Positions 1 through 13,996 are shown, counted from the stretch's first letter. The stretch is DNA of 64,000 bases from Eledone cirrhosa (GCA_964016885.1 OZ024743.1:90892001-90956000), one strand, 5' to 3'. A program made the numbers and translations. Notes: generated by a model not told the origin, from the letters alone.

Positions 1-261
1 AGACGATACTTTGGTCCGTTTTAGGTATGTTTTCCTGCTTGGTACGGGTATGTTCTTTGTAGAAATATTCAGATGTTGTTTCTGCATGATGAATATAAGT
101 CAATAGAGTGCTCAACCGAGGGAGCCAAATAGTAATAATAATAAATTTGAAGACTAAAATCCAAAGAGGCCTCGATAAGGATAAATATATATCAAATATA
201 TAAGAACCGTAGAGCAAATATTTATTATTATTACTATATATTATTATTATTACTATATATA

Positions 262-517
262 TATATAAGTATGTATAAGTATGTATACGTACATACATAT
301 ATGTGTACAGACGCACAGTAGTATGTATATATATACATACATGCACACATATATATATATATATATATATGTACATATTGGTTTATCGAACATTTATTAT
401 AATGTTCGGTTTGTTTGTAAACAAACAGCCCGAATTACGCCGTACAGTGCTCGGCAACCATCGCATTCTTATGCATATTAACGGTGAGCAACCTAATTTG
501 CATATCGAGTGAGTTAG
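262..517 (-). repeat. Internally deleted copy of the ~435-bp HHR/octamer tandem-unit family (family F); HHR segment missing
   Basis: Matches 17480-17950 and 58420-58915 (revcomp), including ctaatttgcatatcgagtgagt, but jumps from caaccatcg to cttatgcatattaacgg. Confidence 0.75.
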
Positions 518-2190
518 TCGCCTGGTTTGGATGGTCTGCCCTATGAACTTTACGTACAGATGCCAGACTTGTTCGGAGGCCTCTTGGCGGACGCCTACTG
601 CAACTGGCAACAGAACGGGAGAATTCCCAGCTCTGTGAGCCGAAGAGCGGTGGCGCTGCTGAGAAAGGATCCGAACAAGGGGGATAACATAGATAATTTC
701 AGGCCCATAACTCTGCTAAACACAGAGTTCAAGATTTTGGGCAAGGTGCTAGCAAAGAGGTTGGCGCTTGTTGTTGGTGGTCTGGTGGGAGAGGCGCAGA
801 CATGCGCCATTCCCGACAGATCCATCCACGACAATCTCCACCTCATGCGATACATCGTGGAGAGGGTAGCTAGGGAACCTAGCACGGGTGGGTCCTTGAT
901 CAATTTAGATCAGTCGAAGGCTTTCGATAGGGTCGACCATCGTTACCTAGCGGCAGTCCTGAGGGCGGCTGGCTTTGGGCCCGTCTTCAGAGGCTGGATC
1001 GCTGCCATGCACAGCGACATCTGCTCTGTGGTGAGAGTGAACGGTCACCTTTCGGAACCGTTCAACATTATGCGCTCGGTCCGCCAAGGATGTTCCCTCT
1101 CGTCCCTCTTGTACGTATTGACTCTCGAGTCATTACTGCACAAACTGGAGACGTTGAGGGGGATCCCGCGCGAACTAGGATGCGGAAGATCCGTGTCCGC
1201 ATATGCGGACGATGACACCGTAGTGGTGTCGAACGCCAAACACATCGAGGCGATCGGCACTACACTAAGAGAATACGAAGCGGTGACAGGAGCAATGATC
1301 AACCAGGAAAAGTCAGTGGGCCTGCAGCTCGGCACCCGGAGAGGCAGGTCCATGTCGTCCAACAGCATCGTCGGGCGCTGGACGGACGGACCGGTTAAAT
1401 TGCTAGGGGTCTGGTTCGGTCCGGACCTCCAGACGGACAAAAACTGGGACAAGGTGACGAGCAGGGTGGCTTCTCTCACCCAAAAATGGACGGAGAATAA
1501 GCTATCCCTGAAAGGTCAAGTGGAGGTGGCTAACGAGTACATCGCGTTCGTCATCTACTACCGCCTGACCGTCGTACCTTGTCCTAAGCCCCGCCTGACT
1601 GCGCTGGAGCGTTTGCTCTTTCGCTTTTTGTGGAAGGGACGCGCTCCGATGGTCAGGCGGTCCATCTGCTATCAACACCCGCTACGTGGGGGCTGGGCAT
1701 TCCGTGGCTGATGATGCGCAGACACGCGCTCAGGCTACGAGATCTCCACCTCTTCCTCGACGGTGATCAGGTGTGGTCGCCGTTTGCTAGATGCGTCTTT
1801 CCTCAGCTCGTCTCCTTGACGGAACTGCAGTCCTGGGTCAAGCGAAGACCGAGGGGGAGCGCTTGGAGACTGGAATGTCTTCAGGCGCTCACAGCCCTCG
1901 ACCAATCGGGCAATGTGATCGGTGGAAACTCCACCTTGGCGTTCTATAGAGGATTAGTGGAGGGGAAGAGCGACGACGTACTTGGGGAGACTCGAGGCGT
2001 CGACGAAAATCAACTAGCCAATCTCTTCGGAAGAACTTTCGGGCCGGGGCCTATGGACAACTTCTAGAAATCCCTGGCCTGGCAGTGCTACCGAGGAGCT
2101 TTGCCAGTTCGGGATAAACTCTACAGGCATGGAGGTGCCGTCAGCCGGGCATGTCCGAGATGCGCGCAGGGCGACGAAACCGTCCTGCAT
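518..2190 (+). mobile_element. Tx1/L1-clade non-LTR retrotransposon fragment (RT domain and C-terminal CCHC region), 5'- and 3'-truncated, frameshifted
   Basis: ORF 527-1711 has FRPITLLN, LDQSKAFDRVDH, SVRQGC, AYADD; continues in 1630-2067 and 2101 (CPRC..ETVLH); same family as 48841-50640 and 61800-62876. Confidence 0.93.
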
Positions 2191-3096
2191 GTTTTATCGA
2201 AGTGGGTAACTACGAAGCAGTGTATCCCATTTTTTTTTCCTGTAAGAATCTTCTTGTTTGAGGAAAGAATTTCAATTTTTATAAATCCTTATACAAATCT
2301 GCGTAATAAATAAGAAAAAATAAAAACAAATAAACAGCTATTTCTGCTATTGCAAAATATACCATATATGTTAAAAACTAGCAGAATACATGGTGTTACC
2401 CAGGATCAGAAAGTTATAAATAGACCAGAACACATATTCTGCTACAGATCTTCACTCAATATGAATAATATATTTCATAATTTATATGAGTAAATGTCAT
2501 ATATATTAATTAAGAACACAAGAATAAGTAAAAGTGAAAATAGTTTTAATTCCTTTGAAAGTATTGTTGAACAAAAGTCGTCATCTCTTTCCTTGAATTA
2601 TGTTCTTCCTCAATTAATTAAAATCATGTGTAGTTCAATAGAAATATGATTATGAAAGGGTTAATCGGTCACTTAGTTTAATAGCACCATCTGGCTCTTG
2701 TATGCTCTTAATGGAGTCCATTCTGTTGCAAGCATTTGAGCCTGATCTCTAGTTTGTGGATACCTCACTCCCTCTTTCACAAACTCCCATCAGTCCTGGA
2801 GACACCAAAACGAGTCATTAGCACTGCATTTGATGCCTGACTAATCAGTAAAAACAAGAATTTCAAATATAAAAGAAATTGCGTGTGTATCGTACAATGC
2901 GTGTGTATCGTAACTTTCATTGTAAAAAAAAACAAAAAACAAATTCACTTGTCAGAAAATTTACTTTCACTTTCCCGAACGTTAAACTTAACGTATGCCT
3001 ATATATACATATACATGCATATATACATATATTTGTATATATGGCACAGGCACTAGTTGTATAGACACACTAGTCTGCAAAAACATACATACGCGA

Positions 3097-3143
<47 letters not shown>

Positions 3144-3159
3144 CATACGCACACACACC

Positions 3160-3530
3160 TAACTAGGTGAGCTTATAAGTTGGGTGTATTAAGGCTATTG
3201 TTTCTAGCCTATCCACTCACACCACTTTTCACTTCTAGCGCACGAGGTGAAATGTTCATTCGTGTGGTTTTGTAGCTTTAGGTGTTTGTCACATTTAATC
3301 TAATTCTCTCGCTGATGATGCCCCCGGATTATCTGTTACAAACACAATTCTCAGGGCGAAACAGATTAAATCTCTAATCAGAACCGGGAGATGTAATAGT
3401 TATTGAGACGGTCAGTATATTTTCTGTATTTCCGTTTGCTTCAGGTTAAATTTGTCAAACCACGTGGTATTTCAACCCTCGTAATTTTAGACACCCGATT
3501 TACTGTGTTTATTACTACATATACTATTAA
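3160..3530 (+). mobile_element. Probable Penelope pLTR remnant with degenerate HHR (CTGATGA at 3312, GCCC/GGGC stem II, GAAA, cagat/atct stem III)
   Basis: HHR core elements present but stems I and III imperfect; flanked by TA/CA microsatellite. Confidence 0.4.
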
Positions 3531-3549
3531 ATATAAATATATAAATATA

Positions 3550-4262
3550 TTTTTTTGTTGAAAGAATGTGATAAAGGCAAAGGAAAAACGAGTGCTCTGT
3601 GTATAGAACAGAGCTATAAAAATATTTTGTTGTTGAAAGTATGTGATAAAGGTCCAGGGTGGTAAAATAAGAGAGAATGTTCAGGAAAAGATGGAGTCAA
3701 AAAGTAAATAATATAAGTGTAAAATAAGTATAAAATAAAGTTAAATAAAATAAGTGTTGAAAATGGAAAGTAAGAGAGATTGATCAAGGTAAAAATAAGG
3801 GAAAAGAAGAAATGAATAAAATAGGTGTAATATAAAATAATGGCTTAATATAAGTGTTGAACGTGTGATAAAGGTCCATAGTGTTTAAAGTAAGAGAGAG
3901 TGTTCAAGGTGTAATATATGATAAGTGTTGAATGTGTCAAAAGGAGAGAGTGTTCAAGGTGGGTAAGTGTTCAAGGTGAGTAAGTGTCCAAAATGGCGTG
4001 TTGATACCGAGAAAGGAGGTGAGTTCTTATATGGGGGAACATTTTAAATATCTCAGAATTAGAGTTAAGACAGGTGTTTCTGAAATCTCCCAACACCCGT
4101 TATTTTTCCAGCCTCACTTCCAATTTTTAACGGATTTTAAATCTCATTTCATATCTTTTATCTACATCTCTGTCGGACGACCGATCCAGGCGTATATTTT
4201 TATCGTCTGTAATCCAGAAACCTTTGGTAATGGAGTAGTTATATTTTGTGTTCTTCAATTCC
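3550..4262 (-). mobile_element. Degenerate Naiad-like Penelope 3' end (GIY-YIG C-terminus plus low-complexity 3' UTR)
   Basis: Minus-strand translation gives ELKNTKYNYSI and CLNSNSEIFKMFPHIRTHLLS, resembling the end of the 15742-16065 ORF; followed by short degenerate repeats. Confidence 0.5.
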
Positions 4263-4267
4263 TAATG

Positions 4268-4394
<127 letters not shown>

Positions 4395-4843
4395 AAATAA
4401 TATATACGCAAATAAATAAATTATATAATTTTTAAAAGGGAGATTGCAAAAGTGTTTATCACATTTATTTGTTATTAATCGGTTTTCGTTCTCATAAGCT
4501 CTTCAAAGGTGTAATTTTCAAGGTTACATTTGTTCCGGTGTTGCGTATTCGTAACACATTTTATTTCGTGCTTCTGTCTTTTCTATAACAAGGGACGCAA
4601 CTGGTTTATGCTGTTACTGCCGCTTATGTTGTTGTCATGACCAGAGTTGCAAATAATATCTGAATGTATGTCTGTGTGCGTGCATGTTTGTATGTGCGTA
4701 CAACACGAAATATTTTTCAATTTTATATATTTAAAAGTTTTCATTCCATATAATACGCTTCTTACTTTATTATAGTTTAGATTATAATTCTAATAAGATA
4801 AAAAAATAAAGAAAATTATTAATTACCTGTTATAATTTTTCAG

Positions 4844-4927
4844 TATGTGTTCAAATGTCAGTTGTCAACAACGGGATGTTTGTAGATTTCTCATTAAATG
4901 GTATCTCTCAAAAACAAATATTTCTCC
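4844..4927 (+). CDS. Internal exon (84 nt, phase 1/1) of a paralog of the secreted DUF4773-like gene: xCVQMSVVNNGMFVDFSLNGISQKQIFL
   Basis: Acceptor ttataatttttcag, donor GTGAGT; same length, phase and Cys position as exon 50672-50755. Confidence 0.85.
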
Positions 4928-5049
4928 GTGAGTATTTTTCATATATAATTACTAAAACCATATATACATATTATTTCTTTTTATTTATGGAATATACCAT
5001 GTAAATACAGTTTGATAGAAAAAGAAAATTTAGATTGAGAAGAAATAAT

Positions 5050-5260
5050 GATTTCTAGTATATGCACAAGGCCAGTAATTGGGGGGAGGGGATCGATTAA
5101 ATCGACCCCAGTACGTTACTGGTGCTTTATTTTATCGACTCCGTAAGGATGAAAGGCAAAGTTAACCTCGGCGGGATTTGAACTCAGACCGTAAAGGACC
5201 GTAACTCTATGCTGCAAAGTATGGTGTCCGACTCTACCGATACTGCCAATCCACCATCCT
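5050..5260 (-). mobile_element. tRNA-derived SINE (octopus OR/OK-like family)
   Basis: Revcomp has A box tggcagtatcgg, B box gagttcaaatcc and body ctttcatccttacggagtcgataaaataaagcaccag; many copies in window. Confidence 0.85.
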
Positions 5261-6297
5261 GGATGGAGAAGAAATAATGGAATGTAAAATAGGAAAATAT
5301 AACGAAAAAACAAACAAACAGAAAAGGTGGGAATGGCAAGAACTCTAGTGTCACAGAAGAATGGGGAGAGATGGGGAGGATGATTGGGCTCTGGGCCTAG
5401 GGCGCGGCGATAATGGGGTGTATCTGCTTGTTAAAGTTTCCTAGCACTTTCACATTCGCAGTATCTAAGATAGGCAGAGACAACGGGTTGACAGTCTTTG
5501 TAAAGTCCCAAACAAAATGCTTTGAGGTATTTACGACTTTCTACTTTCTGAGATCAAATCCTGTCGATGCCAACTTTGCATTTCCTCTTTGTGGGTCGAT
5601 GAAATAAAGTATAGTACTGGGGTTGATATGCCGAACTCAACTTTTTCTTTCAGCTTTGCTGATCGATAAAATAAAGTACAAGTACAGGAGTTGATATAAT
5701 CAATTTTCCCCATTCCCCAAAACTGATAGCCTCGCGTGAATGTTAGAAAGAATTAAAGAATTATCTAAGACTGTTGGATTTTCATATGGGGTAACACGGA
5801 GAAGTTTATTTTCTAAGGAGCTGAAATTAGTTGGCCAGTCACATGTGGAGCATTTTTGTTGCCTGGAAGACAGAGTGCCCACAGGCACTAGGGGTCTTTC
5901 ATTTTTTTTCTTTTTGTTAAAGCACCGTTACATGTGCTCCAGGGCCCTAATGGTTAAAGAGGGCCCAAGTTCAGGGCCATATTATTCATAAGGCCGATTA
6001 GACTAGGGGTCCGTCATTTTTCGTTGACGCACTGTTTCCTGCACCCTAGATCCCTAATGGTTAAAGAGGGCCCGAAATACTCGGCCATGAGTTAATATGG
6101 CCCTGTTTGCTACGTTATTGTACATCTGAGGATAATAGTGGGATTTACTGTAGGACACCCTGATACAAAGTGCTGCATTTAAAATTCGTTGACCAGTCAT
6201 ATATAGAGTATTTTTGTACCTTTATTTAGGGCCGTATTAACCCATGGCCAGGTCCCTGAGCTTTCCAATTTCTAATTCTGATATTTATGTTTTACAG

Positions 6298-6491
6298 ATG
6301 GCACAACTTCCACTCATTTTGATGCTCATTTTAGGAATGGAGATCTAAAACTTAATATTTCAGTTATAAAAAACAGTTACCGTAAAGTTAAAGTATGCTT
6401 CAAAATAAAATATAATCTGTACTTTCACCATTACTCAGGTAATCTCGGTTGCACAGACAAACGTATTCTTCCAATGGAAACATCTCAGTAA
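6298..6491 (+). CDS. Terminal coding exon of the upstream paralog: HGTTSTHFDAHFRNGDLKLNISVIKNSYRKVKVCFKIKYNLYFHHYSGNLGCTDKRILPMETSQ*
   Basis: Acceptor atttatgttttacag, phase-compatible with 4844-4927 (C+AT=His); aligns without gaps to 54833-55008 (VCFKIKY..LGC vs VCFSVKY..LGC); AATAAA motifs ~40 nt downstream. Confidence 0.85.
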
Positions 6492-6969
6492 ACAGCATGA
6501 AGTATTTGAATTCGTATACAAAAAAAAAATAAATTAAATAAAATAAAAATTCGTTGGAGTCTCAAGATTTTGATACTAAGTTTTGCAATGCCGTAAATCT
6601 CGTTGAAGAAGGTTTAAATCAGTCATGGACAATCTGCGGCCACGCCTAATTTCAAAATTGCCTTGAATTTATTAACCAGATCCTAGGCGGCATACTGCCT
6701 TATGATGAACCAGATCCTATGTGGCGTACTGCCTTATGATGAACCAGTGGCATACTGCTCGAAAAAGATTGCCCATGCCTGGTTAAATGAAAAAAAAAAA
6801 GAAAAAAGAAAATCTCTTATTTGGCACAAGGATGATTAGAAAAGAAGTGTTTTCGGACAAAATGGAAAATTGTATTTTCGTTCTTTTGTAATCGTTTTTT
6901 TTTAAAATAAAAATGAAAACAATTGATGTAATAAATAAATAATAAAACATTTTAAGAGGAAACAATATA

Positions 6970-7178
6970 TCGTCTACTCGATTTTTATGCGGAGATGCGT
7001 TCGTAAACGCGGCGCGTAAAGCAAATTCGCATAATTCAAGTCTTATACTTCTTATAAATAAAAATATTAAAAACCACACGTGTTATTTGCGCAAAGTGAA
7101 CATTTAATAATATTTTTTTCAGAAAGCGTTAAAGCGAATTCGCGTACTTCAAATTCGCGTTAAAAGCGAACAGACTGC
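6970..7178. mobile_element. Tigger/pogo-like MITE remnant
   Basis: Imperfect terminal inverted repeats (gtctactcgatttttatgcg vs cgcgttaaaagcgaacagactg), CpG-rich cgcgta subrepeats. Confidence 0.5.
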
Positions 7179-7309
7179 ATAAAGAAAATTACTCATAAAA
7201 AAACTGATACTAATATAATTAAACTCATCTGCTCAATTAATATTTGATTAATTTCTAGTTCCCTGTGTTCTGTACCACCTTTATATAATGAAAACATTAT
7301 ATAAAGGTG

Positions 7310-8057
7310 GGGAATGACGGTGAATTGGCAGTAATTGGTAGGGCGTCGAACACCATGCTTCGCGACATAGAGTTACGTCCCTTTACCTTCTGAATTAAAA
7401 TCTTGTCGAGGTTTGCTTTACCTTTCATCTTTAATGGATCGATAAAGTAAAGCCCCAGTAACACCCTGGGGTTGATTTAATCGACTTTCTCCTCACTCCA
7501 AATTGTTGGCCTTGTGCCTAAATCTGAAACCGGAAAATATGTCACAAAGCATTTTGTCCGACGCTCTACCGATTCTGCTAACTTACCACCTTTATATATT
7601 AATTTCTATTTTTGACACAAAGCCAGTAATTTGAAGGGAAGTAGGAGAAAATCGATTAAATTGACCCCAGAGCTTTATGGGTACTTCATTATATCGATCC
7701 TGTAAGGATGAAAAGTAAAGATAATCACAGCAGGATTTGAACTAAAAACGTAAAGGGTCTTAACTCTATCCCGCAGGGCATCTTGTTCGACGCTCTACCG
7801 ATACTGCCAATCCAAACCCTTCATAACCGTTACATAACCGTTACTGATTTAGGCACAAGGCCAACAATTTTTGGAAAGGAGAAAGTCCATTAAATCGACC
7901 CCAGTGCATTACTGGTACTTTATTTTATCGACACCGTAAGGATGAAAGGTAAAGCCAACCTCGGCGAGATTTGAACTCAAAACGGACACCATGCTTCGCG
8001 GCATAGAGTTACGTCCCTGTACGTTCTGAGTTAAAATCCCGCCGAGGTTGGCTTTAC
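7310..8057. mobile_element. Cluster of 4-5 full or partial tRNA-derived SINE copies in both orientations
   Basis: Same family as 5050-5260 (tcgaccccag, gatgaaagg, ggatttgaact motifs). Confidence 0.85.
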
Positions 8058-8839
8058 TGGAGAAGATGGAAAAAAACCCCAAATTTTCTGAATCTGCTTG
8101 TGATGAAGCCCACTTTCATTAAGAAGGGAAGATCAACTCGAAGAACAATGTCTTCTGAGGTTCAGAGAAACCCACTGAAATAGCTGTGAAACCTCTCCGT
8201 GAGGTTAAATGTACCGTCTGTGCTCCCATTTCTGAGAGAGGATTGATTGGCCCATTCTTCTTTGAAGAAAATGTTGTCACAGCTACAGTCTCAAAGGAAC
8301 GCTATATGAAGATCCCAGAAGACTTCCAAAAGGAACTTCAGACTATGTACTCATCTTTAACGAAAACGTCCTGGTTTAGCGAGACGAAGCAAACCCTCAT
8401 ACCTCCAATAAGTCACGAAAATGGCTGAAAAGTAACTTTGGAAATCGTATGATCAGTTTGAAGACTGACTTTGAATGGGCCCCAGCCAGTCCTGATTTAA
8501 GGCACCCAGATTTCTTTCTTTGGGTCTATCTGAAGGATATGATATATATCAACAAACCCGGACCATCACTGAACTAAAGGAAAACATCAGGGAGGAGATC
8601 AGAGCCACCCTTTGGTCTGTTTCTAAAGATGTTATTCTAAACTTCACCATGCGCCTCAAAAAATCATGGATTAAAGTGAGGATCACTGGGAATGTGTTGT
8701 AACTCTGGAGAGAAACATCAGAAGATATGTTTTTAATGGTTTAAACTAAATATATTCAGAGTTTCATCAGTTTTTCTCGAAAAATGAATAATGTAGACAA
8801 AAATAAAAATGGACCCAATTTATTTTGAGTCACGACGTA
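8058..8839 (+). mobile_element. Tc1/mariner-superfamily (maT/DD37D-like) transposase remnant with 3' TIR
   Basis: DEAHF, GLIGPFFFEE, WAPASPDL..PDFFLW, KPRTITELKENIREEI motifs with stops/frameshifts; end reads TACGTCGTGACTCAAAA in revcomp. Confidence 0.85.
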
Positions 8840-8840
8840 T

Positions 8841-8916
<76 letters not shown>

Positions 8917-8917
<1 letters not shown>

Positions 8918-9153
8918 GGAGACTGAGGTTAGCTGGACATGCTCACCGACATCCAGAGTTGACATTGCACTCAGTGCTCCTTTGGGAGCCCCTACATGGA
9001 CACACTAGAAGAGGAAGACCAAGGTTAACGTATGTTGATGCCCTAAGGACAAACACTGGTCTATTGGAGACGCAGGACATGGCAGCGATAATGAGGGACA
9101 GAGACCGCTGGAGAGAACTCGTCCATGGATCTCGGGAATTTTACCCGCCTTAG
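8917..9153 (+). mobile_element. RTE-like LINE extreme 3' fragment
   Basis: RRLRLAGH..R...VLLWEP...RRGRPRLTYVD....DRDRWR C-terminal motif. Confidence 0.8.
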
Positions 9154-9744
9154 AATAGAACATATGAAAAAATGGGGAGAAGAATACTGCATGGTTGCAC
9201 ATGGATAACATGTTATAAAATGAGTCCCTCATCGGTGATTTACCAACGGTCATAGGTATTTCATTGCATTAAAAATCATATACCTCACGTTGGCGCAATA
9301 ATAACTAAAATAAGTTATTAGGACAATTAAAACGCGTAAAGCGAGTGAGACAAGTAAACAGCACAGAGGAAAGCTATATATATATACAGTGGCAGACTGG
9401 GTCTAAAAATATTGGTTGCTAGGAGATAAATGGGGTCCACCCACATGCTATCATTTAATTTTTATAATGAATAAATAACATTTTCAAAAAATACATTAAT
9501 GAAAACAAAACAATGCAATCAAATTTTTGCGGAAAACAATGTATATTTTTTTACACTGTACATATTACTGACAGTATGCAGTAATACTAAATGTTAATAC
9601 AGAGTGTTATAATGGAATTTTTTAATAATTGTCAATATATAGTATACTGTTATTTAGAGTAGAGTATTCTCCAATAAAAAGTATCTTGCGAAATATACAC
9701 ATCCAGAGGCTTTCAATAATGACCTGTCGTCTTTCACACTCACT

Positions 9745-9779
<35 letters not shown>

Positions 9780-9782
<3 letters not shown>

Positions 9783-9996
9783 TTTGAGTATATGTTGGTT
9801 GTATACCAACATCTCAGTATGCAGATTGGAGCACTCGACGAAGTGCGCAGGTTGGTTTGGTTACTCCGGAGTAATGTAAAATAAAATAAAAAAAATAAGT
9901 CAAATGTTTAAAATTTGGCTTCGTTTAGTAGTAGAAATATATATAGCAGTAATAAACGAAGCCAAATTTTAAACATTTGACTTATTTATTTTATTT

Positions 9997-10003
<7 letters not shown>
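9780..10003. repeat. Penelope-derived pLTR fragment (family D) with an inverted repeat enclosing the 3' half of the HHR
   Basis: 9781-9883 matches 13431-13533; arms aataagtcaaatgtttaaaatttggcttcgttta / taaacgaagccaaattttaaacatttgacttatt surround gaaatatatatagcagt. Confidence 0.7.
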
Positions 10004-10054
<51 letters not shown>

Positions 10055-10497
10055 CAATATATTTAGAAACACACAGATACATGCGGACACACACATATAT
10101 AAGCCTCTTATAACCCCGAAGAAAATACCACGGAGGCGGAGGGGGTATTTATATCGAGGCCGCAGTTGGGTGCGGATGCATTCATGTATATATGTGTGTG
10201 TCCGCATGTATCTGTGTGTTTCTAAATATATTGTTAATAACTCCCTCTGGTCGAGCAACCTTTGAAGTGTGGGGACAGCTGGAAAGCTTCCATTACTCAT
10301 ACTTCTCGCCTTCTTCACCACCTCTTCTGCGGCCTCGATATAAATACCCCCTCCGCCTCCGTGGTATTTTCTTCGGGGTTATAAGAGGCTTAGCTCTGTT
10401 TCTCGACCGTTATATCGCGTGACTATCTCCCCCTCCGCCTTTTGGGATTCTTTCTCACGTCGTGTAGACGCGTTCTTGAGACTAGTAAAATGAGGTA

Positions 10498-10587
10498 TCC
10501 TCTTGATAAGTCGGCAGACCTCGCAAGGACTCTATATCTTTATGATATATTGTTTTTGTTTATGCCACGAAACTACGTAGTCGAGGA
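10498..10587 (+). ncRNA. Type I hammerhead ribozyme, U3-A8 core variant (family B)
   Basis: Stem I TCCTC/GAGGA, core TTGATAA, stem II GT(C)GGCA..TGCCAC, GAAA, palindromic stem III CTACGTAG, GTC cleavage triplet. Confidence 0.75.
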
Positions 10588-10653
10588 ATTTAGGAGCAGT
10601 TTAGGTATGATACATTTTATTACTAATTATATCTAAATGTTTCTTCTCTCTTC

Positions 10654-10688
<35 letters not shown>

Positions 10689-10724
10689 GAGTGTGTGTAT
10701 GTGTGTATATATGGATTTATATAT

Positions 10725-10902
10725 GTATACATACATGTTTTCAACTTGCACAAAATTTATTTGGCGACTCATTATCCCTAGGGACTTTAGACTGAAGAAC
10801 TAAGTCATATGTAAAATTAGAGGTCAGTTCTTAAGTTTAAAGTCCCTAGGGAAAAGGAGTCGCCAAATAAGTTGTGTGCAAGTTGAAAACATGTATGTAT
10901 AT
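10725..10902. repeat. Imperfect ~180-bp hairpin (inverted repeat) in a TA tract
   Basis: catacatgttttcaacttgcaca..ttatttggcgactc..ccctagggacttta pairs with taaagtccctaggg..gagtcgccaaataa..tgtgcaagttgaaaacatgtatg. Confidence 0.85.
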
Positions 10903-11250
10903 ATATCAACTAGAAATTGACATATATATTATCTAAAATAAACATATGAAACAATCACAGGGAATAATTTGTAAAGTGTCTAAGCACACACAGCTAGGTA
11001 TGTAACTAATTAAAGTTTAACTAGAACTTCAAATATAGATACCTTTTAAAATGATTAATATCCTTTGTATACATTTCATTAAATAAAGAAATATATTTCA
11101 CTATCAATCGGTAAATCACAGTAGCCAAATCCCGTATGTTCACCAAAGGAGAAGATCCAACTATGTATGTATACATATATATAAATCTATATATATATAT
11201 ATATGTACATGTACATGTACACACATATACACACACTGCCATATATACTG

Positions 11251-12399
<1,149 letters not shown>

Positions 12400-13381
12400 T
12401 GAGAGGTATACAAATATATGTGTATACATACATATACATGTATATATAAACATATTTTTTCACAAGTATGTGAGATTGTATGTTGTCGACCTTAACCAGT
12501 GTTACTCTATGATTATGAGAGACAAAATAATCGGAATAATTAAATTGACACAATATCAGAGTTATGTAGAATATTATAAAAAGGAATAATAGAGTCTCCC
12601 TCCACCTTTCTGAGATTTTCTCGCATGCTACGGACGTATGTAGTTAGGGCTCTTCCCTGAGGTGCTCCCTTGATAAGCTGGCTTACCTCACAACAATGTT
12701 ACATATCTATGATATAACATTCTTGCATAGTGACCAGCGAAACTGTACAGTCGGGACAAAAGAAAAATAGGTATATTGTATCTATTATTCCTTTTTATAA
12801 TATTTTACATAACTCTGATATTGTGTCAATTTAATTATTCCGATTATTTTGTCTCTCATAATCATAGAGTAACACTGGTTAAGGTCGACAACATACAATC
12901 TCACATACTTGTGAAAAAATATATGTTTATATATACATGTATATGTATGTATACACATATATTTGTATACCTCTCATTATTGTCTCTAACTCCCTCACGG
13001 TGGAGTAACCACGGAAGTATAGTGACTGCTTTCAAGCAAACACTATATACACTTCTAGTCAACCTTACCACCCTTCTGTAGCCTATGTATCATATCAATA
13101 TCTCCCTCCGCCTTCTGAGATATTTTCACTGCTACAAGGGATTAATCCCATTTCTTGAGCGGTGTATCACGTGATAGAGTCTCCCTCCGCCTTTCTGAGA
13201 TTTTCTAGCATGCTACGGACGTATGTAGTTAGGGCTCTTCCCTGAGGTGCTCCCGATAAGCTGGCTTACCTCACAACAATGTTACATATCTATGATATAA
13301 CATTCTTGCATAGTGACCAGCGAAACTGTACAGTCGGGACATAGGAAAAAATAGGTATATTGTATCTATTATTCTTTTTTA

Positions 13382-13390
<9 letters not shown>
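12400..13390 (+). repeat. Penelope pLTR-like partial tandem (family B) with inverted 5' segment
   Basis: 12591-12800 repeated at 13176-13385; 12400-12592 is the inverse of 12781-12975. Confidence 0.85.
12666..12756 (+). ncRNA. Type I HHR, U3-A8 core variant (family B); degenerate second copy 13251-13339 lacks 2 core nt
   Basis: TCCC TTGATAA GCTGG...CCAGC GAAA CTGTACAG TC GGGA. Confidence 0.82.
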
Positions 13391-13431
<41 letters not shown>

Positions 13432-13533
13432 TTTTGAGTATATGTTGGTTGTTTACTGACACCTCAGTATGCAGATTGGAGCACTCGACGAAGTATGCAG
13501 GTTGGTTTGTTTACTCCGGAGTAATGTAAAATA

Positions 13534-13941
13534 ATTGGCTTCGTTTATTATAAATTATAGATATACTGCTATATATATTTCGGTGACAGCCATGATTGGC
13601 TGTGACCTCTTCAGGCAGTCCGAATTGGTGTGGAAAAGACAAGTACACATGTTGTTGAAGTGTGTTTTACTCCGTCAATACATCGATATGTCCAGCTCCT
13701 GGGTGTGGTGTTATTCCTCTGAGGAACTGGAAACATTTGTTTCCAGTTCCTCAGGGGAATAACAACACACCCAGGAGCTGGACATATCGATGTATTGACG
13801 GAGTAAAATACACTTCAACAACATGTGTACTTGTCTTTTCCACACCAATTCGGACTGCCTGAAGAGGTCACAGCCAATCATGGCTGTCACCGAAATATAT
13901 ATAGCAGTATATCTATAATTTATAATAAACGAAGCCAAATT
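13534..13941. repeat. Near-perfect ~410-bp palindrome carrying two outward-facing HHRs (13565-13619 minus, 13854-13908 plus; family D)
   Basis: Centre gaggaactggaaac-attt-gtttccagttcctc; HHR ACTGC CTGAAGA GGTcACAGCC..GGCTGTcACC GAAA TATATA TA GCAGT. Confidence 0.9.
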
Positions 13942-13954
13942 TTCCATATTTGAC

Positions 13955-13996
<42 letters not shown>

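Noticed and set aside
595-1479. Antisense ORFs over LINE RT regions (also at 48842-50455 and 61892-62852)
   Set aside because: Shadow frames of GC-richer retroelement coding sequence
4560-4665. Candidate exon 2 of the upstream paralog (ATGLCC resembling SSGKCC, followed by a GTATGT donor)
   Set aside because: All three frames hit a stop before the donor and the phase does not fit; at most a decayed remnant
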